Below are positions 47,152-56,763 of a stretch of 64,000 nucleotides of DNA, in pieces. The notes beneath the pieces were generated by a model. That model made no database searches, was not told the origin of the DNA, and saw nothing but the letters and a program-made list of their open reading frames with translations. The translations under genes were made by a program, and so were the position numbers. This DNA comes from Candidatus Latescibacterota bacterium. GTDB lineage: Bacteria > Latescibacterota > UBA2968 > UBA8231. Positions within the stretch are counted from its first letter, which is position 1, and each line of letters opens with the position of its first letter. The stretch is taken from assembly GCA_965248355.1 (NCBI GenBank), contig OZ252098.1, positions 288,001 through 352,000 on the forward strand. The letters are read 5' to 3'.

Positions 47152-47907
47152 ATGGGTTGGATTCGCGCCGCCCTCGGCCGGCTCGCGCCGAGGCCACCGG
47201 TGGCCGAGTTCCCGAGGTCGGGGATCCGCGCTCTCGAGGGCCGGCTCGGGTACCGCTTCCGCGATCCGCGCCGGCTCGCCCACGCCCTCAAGCACCGTTC
47301 CTTCGTGTACGCCAACCAGGGTGAGGGGGTCGATGCCAACGAGCGACTGGAATACCTCGGCGACGCCGTGCTCGACCTGGTGGTGGCCGACTACCTCTTC
47401 CGACGCTACGAGGACCGGCGCGAGGGGGATCTGACCCAGATGAAGTCCCTGGTCGTGAGCCGCGCCGTGCTCGCCCGCCGGGCGCGCACTATCGATCTCG
47501 GCCGCCACATCCTGCTCAGTCCCGAGGAGCGCGCCGCCGGGGGTGCTGACCAGGATTCCATCCTGAGCGACGCCTTCGAGGCCGTCATCGGCGCCCTCTA
47601 CCTCGATGGCGGGCTGCGGCCGGCGCGAGGGTTCGTCGAGACCGTCGTCCTCCACGACATCGAGTCCCTGGTCCTTCGGGAGGATTCGGTCAACTTCAAG
47701 AGCAGGCTCCTCGAGCACGTGCAGGGCCTGGGTGAAGGGCATCCGCGGTACCAGGTGCAGGACGAGCGGGGGCCCGACCACGAGAAGGTCTTCAGTGTCG
47801 ATGTGAGCGTCACCGGTCAGACCATCGGCCGGGGGCATGGGCGCTCCAAGAAGGAGGCTCAGCAGATGGCCGCCCGCGACGCGCTGCAGAGTCTCGGGCA
47901 GATCTGA
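47152..47907 (+). CDS. rnc: Ribonuclease III
   Basis: NERLEYLGDAVL, DAFEAVIGA, dsRBD GPDH..G.SKKEAQQ.AA; start may be 47125. Confidence 0.95.
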   Translation: MGWIRAALGRLAPRPPVAEFPRSGIRALEGRLGYRFRDPRRLAHALKHRSFVYANQGEGVDANERLEYLGDAVLDLVVADYLFRRYEDRREGDLTQMKSLVVSRAVLARRARTIDLGRHILLSPEERAAGGADQDSILSDAFEAVIGALYLDGGLRPARGFVETVVLHDIESLVLREDSVNFKSRLLEHVQGLGEGHPRYQVQDERGPDHEKVFSVDVSVTGQTIGRGHGRSKKEAQQMAARDALQSLGQI

Positions 47908-48725
47908 TGTCCCTGCGTTTCCTGGACACGGGGGAGCTGCCCGGGGCGCTGAACATGGCCGTGGACGACGTGCTCCTCGACGAGGCCCGCGCCGGCGGCG
48001 GGCCGATCCTGCGCACCTACGGATGGAGTCCACCGGCGGTCAGCCTCGGTTTCGGACAGCGCGCCCTCGAGGCCGTCGACGTCGGCCGCTGCCGCGATCT
48101 CGGCATCGACGTGGTGCGCCGTCCCACCGGCGGCCGGGCCGTCCTCCACTGGAACGAGATCACCTACAGCTTTCACTGCTCCGAGGGCGAGGGCCCGGCG
48201 GCCCATCCCCTGCCGGAGGCCTGCCGCATCCTCGGCGAGTGCCTGGCCGAGGGCTTGCGGCGCGGCGGTGTCGAGGCGGAGCTGGCGCCCGGGGGGCGGG
48301 CCGGCGGAAGGCACGGAGCTTGCTTTGCCAGCGCCTCCCGTTGGGAGTTGACCTGCGGTGGCCGCAAGCTGGTGGGCAGCGCCCAGCGCCGTACGCGGGG
48401 AGCCCTGCTGCAGCACGGCTCCCTGCTCGCCGGCCCCGAGCACCTGCGCCTGGCGGAGTTGATTCCTCCCCCGGCGCGCGCAGACCCTTCCCTGGAGGCC
48501 TCGAGCACGCACTTGGCCGAGTGCGCGGAGAAGCCGCTGGACAGGGAGTTCCTGGTGGACTGCCTGGCCGCCGGCTTCGGTGAGGTCCTCGGCCTGCCGG
48601 TGCGCGAGGAGCCGCTGACCCCCATGGAGCGGCAGCGGGCCGAGATCCTGGCCCGGGAGACCTACGGCACGGCCGGGCACGCCCTGCGGTCGACGGCCCC
48701 CCTTCGGCGGCAGGCACCTCGGTGA
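47907..48725 (+). CDS. Lipoate-protein ligase A / LipM-like octanoyltransferase
   Basis: [33 protein letters not shown]. Confidence 0.88.
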   Translation: MSLRFLDTGELPGALNMAVDDVLLDEARAGGGPILRTYGWSPPAVSLGFGQRALEAVDVGRCRDLGIDVVRRPTGGRAVLHWNEITYSFHCSEGEGPAAHPLPEACRILGECLAEGLRRGGVEAELAPGGRAGGRHGACFASASRWELTCGGRKLVGSAQRRTRGALLQHGSLLAGPEHLRLAELIPPPARADPSLEASSTHLAECAEKPLDREFLVDCLAAGFGEVLGLPVREEPLTPMERQRAEILARETYGTAGHALRSTAPLRRQAPR

Positions 48726-49699
48726 GCGACGGGCCGGTCCTGGAGATTCGCGGTCTGCGCACCTGGTTCCGCACCGAAGCCGGCGTCGGACGGGCTGTCG
48801 ACGGCCTCTCCTTGCACCTTGGCCGGGGCGAGACCCTGGGGCTGGTGGGGGAGAGCGGCTGCGGCAAGAGCCTCGCCGCCCTGTCCGTGCTGCGCCTGGT
48901 GGCTCCGCCGGGGCGAATCGAGGGCGGTCGCGTCCGGCTCCGGGGACGCGATCTGCTCGGCCTGGACGAGGAGGAGATGCGCGGCGTCCGGGGCAACGAG
49001 ATCGCCATGATCTTCCAGGAGCCGATGACCAGCCTCAACCCCGTTCTGACCTGCGGCGACCAGATCGCCGAGGCCGTCCGGCGGCACCAGGATGTGGGCC
49101 GCCAGGAGGCCCGGGAGCGAGCCGTCGACATGATGCGGAGAGTCGGCATCCCGGCGCCGGAGCAGCGCGTCGACGAGTACCCGCACCAGCTCAGCGGCGG
49201 TATGCGGCAGCGGGTCATGATCGCCATGGCCCTGTCCTGCAACCCGGACGTGCTCATCGCCGACGAGCCGACCACGGCCCTCGACGTGACCACCCAGGCC
49301 CAGATCCTCGACCTGCTGCAGCGGCTGCAGGCCGAGTTCCGCATGGCCGTCCTGCTCATCACGCACGACCTCGGGGTCGTGGCCGAGGTCGCCGACCGGG
49401 TGGCCGTCATGTACGCGGGCCGCATCGTGGAGACGGCGGAGACGGCGCGTCTCTTCGCCAGTCCCCGCCATCCCTACACGAGAGGGTTGCTGCGCTCGGT
49501 CCCTCAGCTCGAAGGCCCGCTGCGCCGGCTGGAGGTCATCCCCGGCCGCGTCCCGGAGGCCACCGACTTTCCCGGGGGTTGCCGGTTTCATCCGCGCTGT
49601 CCGCTGGCGGAGGACCGCTGTCGCAGTCAGGCTCCGGTCCTCGAGGAGGTCGCCCCGGGGCACGGGACGGCGTGCTGGAGATGGGATGCCACCGGCTGA
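48722..49699 (+). CDS. oppD: Oligopeptide/dipeptide ABC ATPase (OppD/DppD)
   Basis: [42 protein letters not shown]. Confidence 0.9.
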   Translation: MSDGPVLEIRGLRTWFRTEAGVGRAVDGLSLHLGRGETLGLVGESGCGKSLAALSVLRLVAPPGRIEGGRVRLRGRDLLGLDEEEMRGVRGNEIAMIFQEPMTSLNPVLTCGDQIAEAVRRHQDVGRQEARERAVDMMRRVGIPAPEQRVDEYPHQLSGGMRQRVMIAMALSCNPDVLIADEPTTALDVTTQAQILDLLQRLQAEFRMAVLLITHDLGVVAEVADRVAVMYAGRIVETAETARLFASPRHPYTRGLLRSVPQLEGPLRRLEVIPGRVPEATDFPGGCRFHPRCPLAEDRCRSQAPVLEEVAPGHGTACWRWDATG

Positions 49700-50711
49700 G
49701 GCCGTGGGACCCCTCGTGGAGACCCGCGACCTGAGCAAGCGCTTCCCGGTCCGCCGGGGGGCCTGGGGGCGGGTGCGCGGCTGGGTGCGCGCCGTGGACG
49801 GCGTCTCCCTCCAGGTCTGGCCCGGGGAAACCCTCGGCGTCGTCGGCGAGAGCGGCTGCGGCAAGACGACCCTGGGCCGGCTGATCCTCCGCCTCCTCGA
49901 CGCCACCTCGGGGGCGGCGTACTTTCAGGGCCGGAATCTGGGGGAGCTCGAAGGCCGGGAGCTGCGGTCCCTGCGGCGGCACATGCAGATCGTGTTCCAG
50001 GATCCGTACAGCTCCCTGAATCCGAGGATGCGTGTCCGCACCCTCCTCGGGGAAGGGCTCCGGATCCACGGAATCGCCCGAGGCCCGAGGATGTCCGAAC
50101 GGGTGGCCGAGCTTCTGGACATGGTCGGCCTTCCGGCCGGTGCGGCGGCCCGGTATCCCCACGAGTTCAGCGGGGGACAGCGGCAACGGATCGGCATCGC
50201 CCGGGCGCTGGCCGTGAATCCGGCCTTCATCGTGGCCGATGAGCCGGTCTCCGCCCTTGATGTCTCCGTGCAGGGGCAGATCGTGAATCTGCTCCAGGAC
50301 ATCCAGCGCGATCTCGGGCTCACGTACCTCTTCATCGCCCACGATCTCGGCGTGATCCGTCACGTCGCCGACCGCGTGGCCGTGATGTACCTGGGGCGTA
50401 TCGTGGAGATTGCCACCCGGGACCAGTTGTTCGCTTCGCCCAGCCATCCCTACACGCGGGCGCTGATGGCCGCCGTGCCGGTTCCGGATCCGGCGGCCAG
50501 CCGCCGGCGGGTGGTGCTGGGCGGGGATGTCCCGAGCCCCGCCCGCGTGCCGCCGGGATGCCCCTTCCACCCCCGCTGCCCCGAGGCCCGCGACCGCTGC
50601 CGCCGGGAGGTGCCCGGTCTCGTCGATCCGGGAGACGGACGGCGCGTGGCGTGCCTTCTGAGAGACCCAGCGTCAGGCCCGGGCAGGGCGGGCGCGACAC
50701 AGGAAAGCTGA
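49686..50711 (+). CDS. oppF: Oligopeptide/dipeptide ABC ATPase (OppF/DppF)
   Basis: [39 protein letters not shown]. Confidence 0.9.
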   Translation: MPPAEAVGPLVETRDLSKRFPVRRGAWGRVRGWVRAVDGVSLQVWPGETLGVVGESGCGKTTLGRLILRLLDATSGAAYFQGRNLGELEGRELRSLRRHMQIVFQDPYSSLNPRMRVRTLLGEGLRIHGIARGPRMSERVAELLDMVGLPAGAAARYPHEFSGGQRQRIGIARALAVNPAFIVADEPVSALDVSVQGQIVNLLQDIQRDLGLTYLFIAHDLGVIRHVADRVAVMYLGRIVEIATRDQLFASPSHPYTRALMAAVPVPDPAASRRRVVLGGDVPSPARVPPGCPFHPRCPEARDRCRREVPGLVDPGDGRRVACLLRDPASGPGRAGATQES

Positions 50712-50718
50712 CGCACTT

Positions 50719-52536
50719 ATGATGACGAAACTGCGCGAGCGCACGGCCATCATCATGTGGATCGTGATCCTCGCCTTTGTTGGCCTGATCGTCGTGGAAT
50801 GGGGAGCCGACTACTCCGGCACGTCCGGCGGGCGGGAGACGGACATGGTCGGCTCGATCAACGGGGAGCAGGTCTCCTACCGACTCTTCCAGCAGGCGTT
50901 GCAGAACGCCGTGCGCATGCGCCGGCAGGAAGACGGGGAGACCGATCAGCTGGTGCGCGAGGTCTGGCAGGCCCTGGTCTCGGAAGTGCTTCTCCGGCAG
51001 GAGGTCGAGCGCCTGGGGATCGAGATCACCGATGAGGAGCTCGCCTTCTACGCGATGAACGCGCCGCCGGAGGTCGTCAGGCAGCTGTCCGCCTTCCAGC
51101 GCGACGGCGAGTTCGACCTCCAGCTCTATCAGCAGATCTTCAGCGACGAGGGCACGGTGCGCGAGCAGCGCGCCTTCATCGCCCAGGTGGAGAGGATGAT
51201 CCACCAGCAGCTGATCGGCCAGCGTCTGCAGGGCCTGCTGACCGAGACGGTCCGGGTCACCCCCCAGGAGGTCCGCCGGCACTATGCGGACCGCAAGGAG
51301 AAGGCCACCGTGGAGTACGCCTTCGTCCCGGTGTCGATGGTTCCGGCGGCGGAGGTGACCGTCACCGAGGAGGACCTCCTGGCGCAGTACGAAGAGCGGA
51401 GGTCCGACTATCGGCACTCCGAGCAGATCCAGGTCGTCTACGTGCTGCTTCCCCGCCAGCCGAGCGCCGCGGACTCGGCCGAGGTGGCCGAGGAGATCGC
51501 CCGCCTGCGACGCGAGATCGTCGAGGCGGGAGCCGACTTCGCCGACATGGCCTCGGCCATGTCGGACGACGAGGGCACGGCCGCCAACGGCGGGGACCTT
51601 GGCGTCTTCGGCCCCGGCGCCATGGTCCCCGAGTTCGAGGCCGCGGCCTTCGCCCTGGCCGCCGGGGAAGTCTCGCAGCCCGTGCAGACCACCTACGGCT
51701 GGCATCTCATCAAGGTCGAGGAGCGCCTTCCGCCCGAGTCCGGCGAGGGAGAGCGGGTCCGGGCCCGCCACATTCTGCTGAAGCACCGGGCCTCCCCACA
51801 GACGGAGGACGAGATCCTCGCCCGGGCCGAGGCCCTGGCGGCCCAGGCGGGAGAGCGCGGGCTGCGCCAGGCGGCGGCTGCGGAGGAGCTCCAGGTGCGC
51901 GACGCCGGCTGGATCGGCCGAGGGGGGGGCCTGCCGGGCGTAACGGGCGGCGCCACGGGGTGGGTCGTGGGCCGGCTCTTCGACAGCGAGGTCGGCGAGC
52001 AGTGCCCCGTGGGCAGCACCGAGGCGGGGTATTTCGTCGCCGAGCTGGCCGGCCGCCGGCCGGAGGGGGTGCTGCCTCTCGAGGAGGTCCGGCCGCGGCT
52101 GGAGTCGGCGGTGAGCCGCCGCAAGCGCTCCGAGCGCGCCGGCGAGAAGCTGCTTGGGGTGAAGGAGGCGGTCGAGGCCGGGCAGGGGTTCGCCACCGCC
52201 GTGGCCTCCGCCGGACTCGAGGTGCGCACCGGAGGCCCCTTCGCGAGAACGGATTACGTCCCCGGTGTCGGCCGGGGCAGCGAGTTCGTCGGCGCCGCCT
52301 TCGCCCTGGAGAGCGGCGAGGTGAGCGGCCTGGTGGTGCAGGGCAACGGCGCCTACCTGCTGCACCTGACGGGCAAGAGCGCCATCGACGAGGCCGCCTT
52401 CGAGGAGGAGCGCGCCACGGTCGAGGCGGAGCTGCTGCAGGCGCGCCGCGCCGAGTCCCTGCAGGTGTGGTACGCCCAGATCTACGAGAACGCCGACATC
52501 GAGGACAACCGGCACCTGTTCTACTCGAACTTCTGA
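50719..52536 (+). CDS. PpiD/SurA-like membrane-anchored peptidyl-prolyl isomerase
   Basis: N-terminal TM, SurA_N-like region, parvulin motifs GGDLG.F...MVPEFE.AAF, YGWHLIK, RHIL. Confidence 0.87.
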   Translation: MMTKLRERTAIIMWIVILAFVGLIVVEWGADYSGTSGGRETDMVGSINGEQVSYRLFQQALQNAVRMRRQEDGETDQLVREVWQALVSEVLLRQEVERLGIEITDEELAFYAMNAPPEVVRQLSAFQRDGEFDLQLYQQIFSDEGTVREQRAFIAQVERMIHQQLIGQRLQGLLTETVRVTPQEVRRHYADRKEKATVEYAFVPVSMVPAAEVTVTEEDLLAQYEERRSDYRHSEQIQVVYVLLPRQPSAADSAEVAEEIARLRREIVEAGADFADMASAMSDDEGTAANGGDLGVFGPGAMVPEFEAAAFALAAGEVSQPVQTTYGWHLIKVEERLPPESGEGERVRARHILLKHRASPQTEDEILARAEALAAQAGERGLRQAAAAEELQVRDAGWIGRGGGLPGVTGGATGWVVGRLFDSEVGEQCPVGSTEAGYFVAELAGRRPEGVLPLEEVRPRLESAVSRRKRSERAGEKLLGVKEAVEAGQGFATAVASAGLEVRTGGPFARTDYVPGVGRGSEFVGAAFALESGEVSGLVVQGNGAYLLHLTGKSAIDEAAFEEERATVEAELLQARRAESLQVWYAQIYENADIEDNRHLFYSNF

Positions 52537-52554
52537 CCCCGGGAGCACATCGTC

Positions 52555-53466
52555 ATGCCAGCCACACCCGCAGAGACACCCATCGGATTCGTCGGGCTCG
52601 GGATCATGGGCTCCCCCATGGCCCTGAACCTCATGAAGGCCGGGTTCTCCCTGAAGGTCTACAACCGCTCCGACCGCCCCGGCGTGCAGGAGGTGGTCGA
52701 GGCCGGCGCCACCCGCGCGGCCTCTCCGAGAGAGGCGGCCGAAGGCAGCGACGTGATCGTCACCATGGTCACCGACACGCCCGACGTGGAGGCCGTGATC
52801 CTCGGCGAGGAGGGTGTGGTCCACGGCGCCCGCAGAGGGGCCACGGTCATCGACATGAGCACCATCTCGCCGCGCGTCACCCGCCAAGTCGCCGCGCGCC
52901 TGGAGGAGTCGGGAGTGCACATGCTCGACGCGCCGGTGAGCGGCGGCGACGTGGGCGCCCAGCAGGGGACGCTGTCGATCATGGTGGGGGGCGAGCAGGC
53001 CGTCTTCGACGAGTGCCTGCCGGTCTTCGAGGCCATGGGCCGCAACATCAACCTCATCGGCGGCCACGGCGCCGGACAGACGACCAAGGCCTGCAACCAG
53101 ATCGCCGTGGCCTGCACCAACCTGGCCATGGCCGAGGCCCTGATGCTGGCGGCGGCCTCCGACATGGACGTGCAGAAGGTCCTCGACGCCATCTCCGGGG
53201 GCGCCGCCGGCTCCTGGCAGATGACCAACCTGGGGCCTCGCATCCTCAAGGGGGACTTCGCCCCCGGGTTCATGGTGCGGCTGCAGCAGAAGGACCTCAA
53301 GCTCGTCCTCGAGGCGGCCAACGACGTCAAGCTGGCCCTGCCGGGCACGAGCATCGCCCACCAGTACTTCAACATCGTCGAACGCCTCGGCGGCGCCGAC
53401 GACGGCACCCAGGCCCTGATCAAGGCCTACGAGTCCCAGGCCGGCACCGAGGCGCGTGCCGAATAG
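52555..53466 (+). CDS. Beta-hydroxyacid dehydrogenase (tartronate semialdehyde reductase-like)
   Basis: GFVGLGIMG, DAPVSGG, KACNQ, KDL. Confidence 0.9.
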   Translation: MPATPAETPIGFVGLGIMGSPMALNLMKAGFSLKVYNRSDRPGVQEVVEAGATRAASPREAAEGSDVIVTMVTDTPDVEAVILGEEGVVHGARRGATVIDMSTISPRVTRQVAARLEESGVHMLDAPVSGGDVGAQQGTLSIMVGGEQAVFDECLPVFEAMGRNINLIGGHGAGQTTKACNQIAVACTNLAMAEALMLAAASDMDVQKVLDAISGGAAGSWQMTNLGPRILKGDFAPGFMVRLQQKDLKLVLEAANDVKLALPGTSIAHQYFNIVERLGGADDGTQALIKAYESQAGTEARAE

Positions 53467-54274
53467 GACGAGGCCGGCCGTGAGGCCCGCTCTGCGCAAG
53501 ATCGGCGCTCTTCTGCGCGACGAGGGACAGCCCTTTCCCCTCGAGGAGATGCGCCGCCTTCTGGACGGGCACGGCATCGAGCTGTGCGTTCTGGAGGACG
53601 GCACGCCGCCGCCCGAAGACCTCGACCTGGTGATGGCCATGGGCGGGGACGGCACCGTCCTGCGCGCCCTGGACCTGTGTCCGCAGGCTCCGGTGCTGGC
53701 CATCAACTACGGAACGGTGGGCTTCCTGACGGCCGGGGACCGCTCCGATCTGGACAGCATCCTCGGCCGGCTGGTGACCGGAGACTACATCCTCAGCGAG
53801 CGGCTCGCCCTCACCTGTCGCTATCCCGGCGGCGAGGTGCGCGCCGTGAACGAGGTGATGGTGCGCAGCAGCAACCGGCTCGTGTTCATCGACGTCTTCG
53901 TGGACGGGTCCAAGATCCGGACGATCTGCGGTGACGGCGTGGTCGTGGGCACCCCCACGGGCAGCACCGGCTTCCTGCTGGCCGCTGGAGCCCCGATCGT
54001 CATGCCGGAGGTCCGCTGTCTCGTGCTCGACGGGATCAACGAGTACAATTTCACTTCCCGTTCGCTGATCCTGCGCCCCGAGGCCCGGGTGCGGCTGAAC
54101 GTGAGCCCGGAGACCCGGGAACCCCAGGTCTGGCTGACCGCTGATGGCCGCCGCATGGGGGAGCTCGCCCCGGGAGACGACGTGGAGATCGGCTCCTCCG
54201 AGCGCACGGCCCGGCTGGTCTATTTCGAGCCGAGCTACTTCTTCCACAACCTGACCTCCAAGCTCTCATGGTAA
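53456..54274 (+). CDS. NAD(+) kinase family protein
   Basis: GGDGT, GFLT, NE, DG...TPTGST; start may be GTG 53480. Confidence 0.85.
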   Translation: MPNRTRPAVRPALRKIGALLRDEGQPFPLEEMRRLLDGHGIELCVLEDGTPPPEDLDLVMAMGGDGTVLRALDLCPQAPVLAINYGTVGFLTAGDRSDLDSILGRLVTGDYILSERLALTCRYPGGEVRAVNEVMVRSSNRLVFIDVFVDGSKIRTICGDGVVVGTPTGSTGFLLAAGAPIVMPEVRCLVLDGINEYNFTSRSLILRPEARVRLNVSPETREPQVWLTADGRRMGELAPGDDVEIGSSERTARLVYFEPSYFFHNLTSKLSW

Positions 54275-54922
54275 CCGCACCCGTCGCCGTCACCGGAGCC
54301 GACCAGGCCCTGGGGGCCGCCCTGTGCCGGGGGCTGTCCGCCGGAGGCGAGGTGGTCGCCATCGGCGAGGCCCCCGGTCCCCGGAAGGATCTCGGCGGCG
54401 CGGTGGAACCGGAGCGCCGATCTGCGCCTGCCCGGCGAGGCCCGCCAGGCCCTGAGCGGCGCCGGCCTCGTCGTCCACGCCCAGCCCCACGACGCGCCGC
54501 CGGGCGAAGGGGCCGAGGGGGAGGCGCGGCTCCTCGACGTCGTCAGCCGCGGCACCTACGTCCTCGTCCAGGCCGCCCGCGAGGCCGGCATCGGCCGCAT
54601 CGTGCTCGTGAGTCCCATCTCGCTGATGCAGGACTACCTCGCGGACTACGTCGTAGAACCGTGGTGGCGGCCCCGGCCCCGGCCCGACGGCGAGGGGCTG
54701 GCGCCCTACCTGGCGGAACTCGTCGGCCGGTAGATCGCGCGCACCGGCGCCATCGAGGTGCGGTGCCTGCGCATGGGGCCCCTCGACGATCCTCAGGGCA
54801 CGTCCTCCGAGGACGCGGTGGCGGCCGTCGCAGCGGCCCTGCGGAGCGAAGCCGCTACCGACGGGTACTGCTGGCAGGTGGACCACGTCCTCTCCGGCGG
54901 ATCCTCCGCCGGCGGGAGCTAG
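54268..54922 (+). pseudogene. NAD-dependent epimerase/dehydratase pseudogene
   Basis: VAVTGAD..LG N-terminus; frameshift near 54410; ADLR...GTYVLVQAAREAGIGRIVLVS; in-frame TAG at 54731. Confidence 0.7.
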
Positions 54923-54925
54923 CGC

Positions 54926-55182
54926 ATGGCCACGGTCGACAGCGGGCGGGTGGTGATCTTCGGCGCCGGCGGCCCCGTGGGCGCGGTGACGATGGAGGCC
55001 CTGAAGGACCACTACACCCTGCGCTGCACCGACGTCACCCCGCTGGAGCAGATCGTGGCGGAGGAGCGGCGCCAGAGTGCGCGCGCGCCCCTGCCCCCGC
55101 TTCTCCCGGCGCCCCACGAGCCCGGCGGCTGCTGGACTGGGAGGCCGCCGACACCTGGGAGGAGATGCTGCGCCGGAGCTGA
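54926..55182 (+). pseudogene. Second epimerase-family gene with a large internal deletion
   Basis: VVIFGAGGPVG N-terminus of about 65 aa joined near 55120 to a C-terminal ARRLLDWEAADTWEEMLRRS* in another frame. Confidence 0.65.
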
Positions 55183-55193
55183 TCCCCCCCGGC

Positions 55194-56708
55194 TCAGGCC
55201 AGGATCCCGACGCGCTCCGCCTCGCCCTCCTCCCCTCCTGCCTGCAGGGTGAGGTTGAGCCGGCGCACCTCCTCCGGCTTCAGGTCGGGCAGGCGCGCCA
55301 CCCGCCCGAGGAAGCGGTCCATCTCCTCCGGGTCGACGAGGCCCTCTGTCAGCGATCGCAGCTTGCCCATGTAGTCCCGGCGCCGGAAGGGCCGGGCTCC
55401 CAGGGAGTGGGCGTTGGGGTTGTCGAGGCGCTCCACCACCTCGGAGCCGTCCCGCATGCGCACCACCACCTCGGCGCCGAACTTCCGGCGCCGGAAGTCG
55501 GACCCGTGGTAGGCCCGGGTCCACTCCTCCACCTCCTCGGTGCGCACCTTGTGCCAGAGGGCCACCGTCGAAGGGCGGTTCGCCCGTTCGGGGGTGTACG
55601 AGTCGACGTGGTGCCAGCGGCCGTCCTCCCAGGCCACGGCGAGGATGTACATGGCGCTGTGATCGAGCGTCTCCCGGGAGGCGCCGGGATCCATCTTCTC
55701 CGGGTCTCCGGCCCCCGTGCCGATGACGAAGTGGGTGTGGTGGCTGGTGCGCACCACCACCTCCCGCACCGCTTCCAGGTCGAGGCCGCGTTCGTGGAGG
55801 GCGAAGCCGATGTCGATCAGGGCCTGGGCCTGGTACTCGGCGGAGTGCTCCTTGGTGTAGGAATCGAGGATCGCCCGCAGGGGCTCTCCCGGCTGGGGCA
55901 AAGAGACCTCGTACACGGCTTCCGGCCCCGACAGGAGCCAGGCGATGACCCCGTCGCGCCCTTCGTAGATCGGCGACGGGGCTCGCTCCCCGAGCAGGCA
56001 CCGGCCCACCGCTTCCAGGGCGGTCTTGCCCGACTGGGCCGGGGCGTAAGCCTTCCAGCTGGTGATGTCGCCCTTGCGCGACTGCCGGGTCGAGCACCCC
56101 AGGTGAACGGCCTGGTTCACGGCCTGGAAGATCGTCTCCACCGGCAGCCGCAGCAGGGCGCCGACGCCGGCGGCGACGGCCGGGGCGAGGTGGGCCACGT
56201 GGTCGATCTTGTGCTCGTGCAGGCAGATGCCCCGGACCAGGGAGATCTGCGTCTCGTAGGCCACCAGGAGGCCGCGCACCAGGTCGGCCCCGCCGCGGCC
56301 CGTCTGCTGGGCCGCCGCCAGCACGCCGGGGATCGTATCCGCGGGATGGGAGTAGTCGGCGGCCAGGAAGCAGTCGTGGTAGTCCAGCTCGCGCACGGCC
56401 ACGCCGTTGGCCAGGGCCGCCCACTCGCAGTGGAAGGTGCGTTCCGCCGGCAGGCCGTAGAGGCAGGCCCCCCGGCCCTTGGGATGGGGATAGCCGAGGG
56501 CGAGGAGGCGGGCGCGGCGCACGGGGTCGCGGTCGAAGGCGGCGGCGGCCACGGCGGCGTTGTCGATGATCCGGTTGCCGACCATCTCGGCGGCGTCCTC
56601 CGGGCCCGCCGGTGCGGCGGCGGCCATGGCGGCGATCTTCCAGGCCAGCTGCTCCTGCGGCGGCAGGATCCGGCCTTCGGGGTGCGTCCGCACCCGGTGA
56701 GTGACCAT
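55194..56708 (-). CDS. prpD: MmgE/PrpD family 2-methylcitrate dehydratase
   Basis: VRELDYHD, SHPAD, IDHVAH, RQSRKG.I.SWK, KEHSAEYQAQ, RETLDHS, AHSLGARPF. Confidence 0.9.
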   Translation of the reverse strand: MVTHRVRTHPEGRILPPQEQLAWKIAAMAAAAPAGPEDAAEMVGNRIIDNAAVAAAAFDRDPVRRARLLALGYPHPKGRGACLYGLPAERTFHCEWAALANGVAVRELDYHDCFLAADYSHPADTIPGVLAAAQQTGRGGADLVRGLLVAYETQISLVRGICLHEHKIDHVAHLAPAVAAGVGALLRLPVETIFQAVNQAVHLGCSTRQSRKGDITSWKAYAPAQSGKTALEAVGRCLLGERAPSPIYEGRDGVIAWLLSGPEAVYEVSLPQPGEPLRAILDSYTKEHSAEYQAQALIDIGFALHERGLDLEAVREVVVRTSHHTHFVIGTGAGDPEKMDPGASRETLDHSAMYILAVAWEDGRWHHVDSYTPERANRPSTVALWHKVRTEEVEEWTRAYHGSDFRRRKFGAEVVVRMRDGSEVVERLDNPNAHSLGARPFRRRDYMGKLRSLTEGLVDPEEMDRFLGRVARLPDLKPEEVRRLNLTLQAGGEEGEAERVGILA

Positions 56709-56763
56709 GGGAGCTCCAGGATGAGGGTGAAGGGTTGCCGGGGCGCGATTCCCAGTGGCGGCG

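Noticed and set aside
54731-54733. In-frame TAG as possible pyrrolysine or read-through
   Set aside because: The same gene is also frameshifted and no pyl genes are visible; a nonsense mutation is simpler
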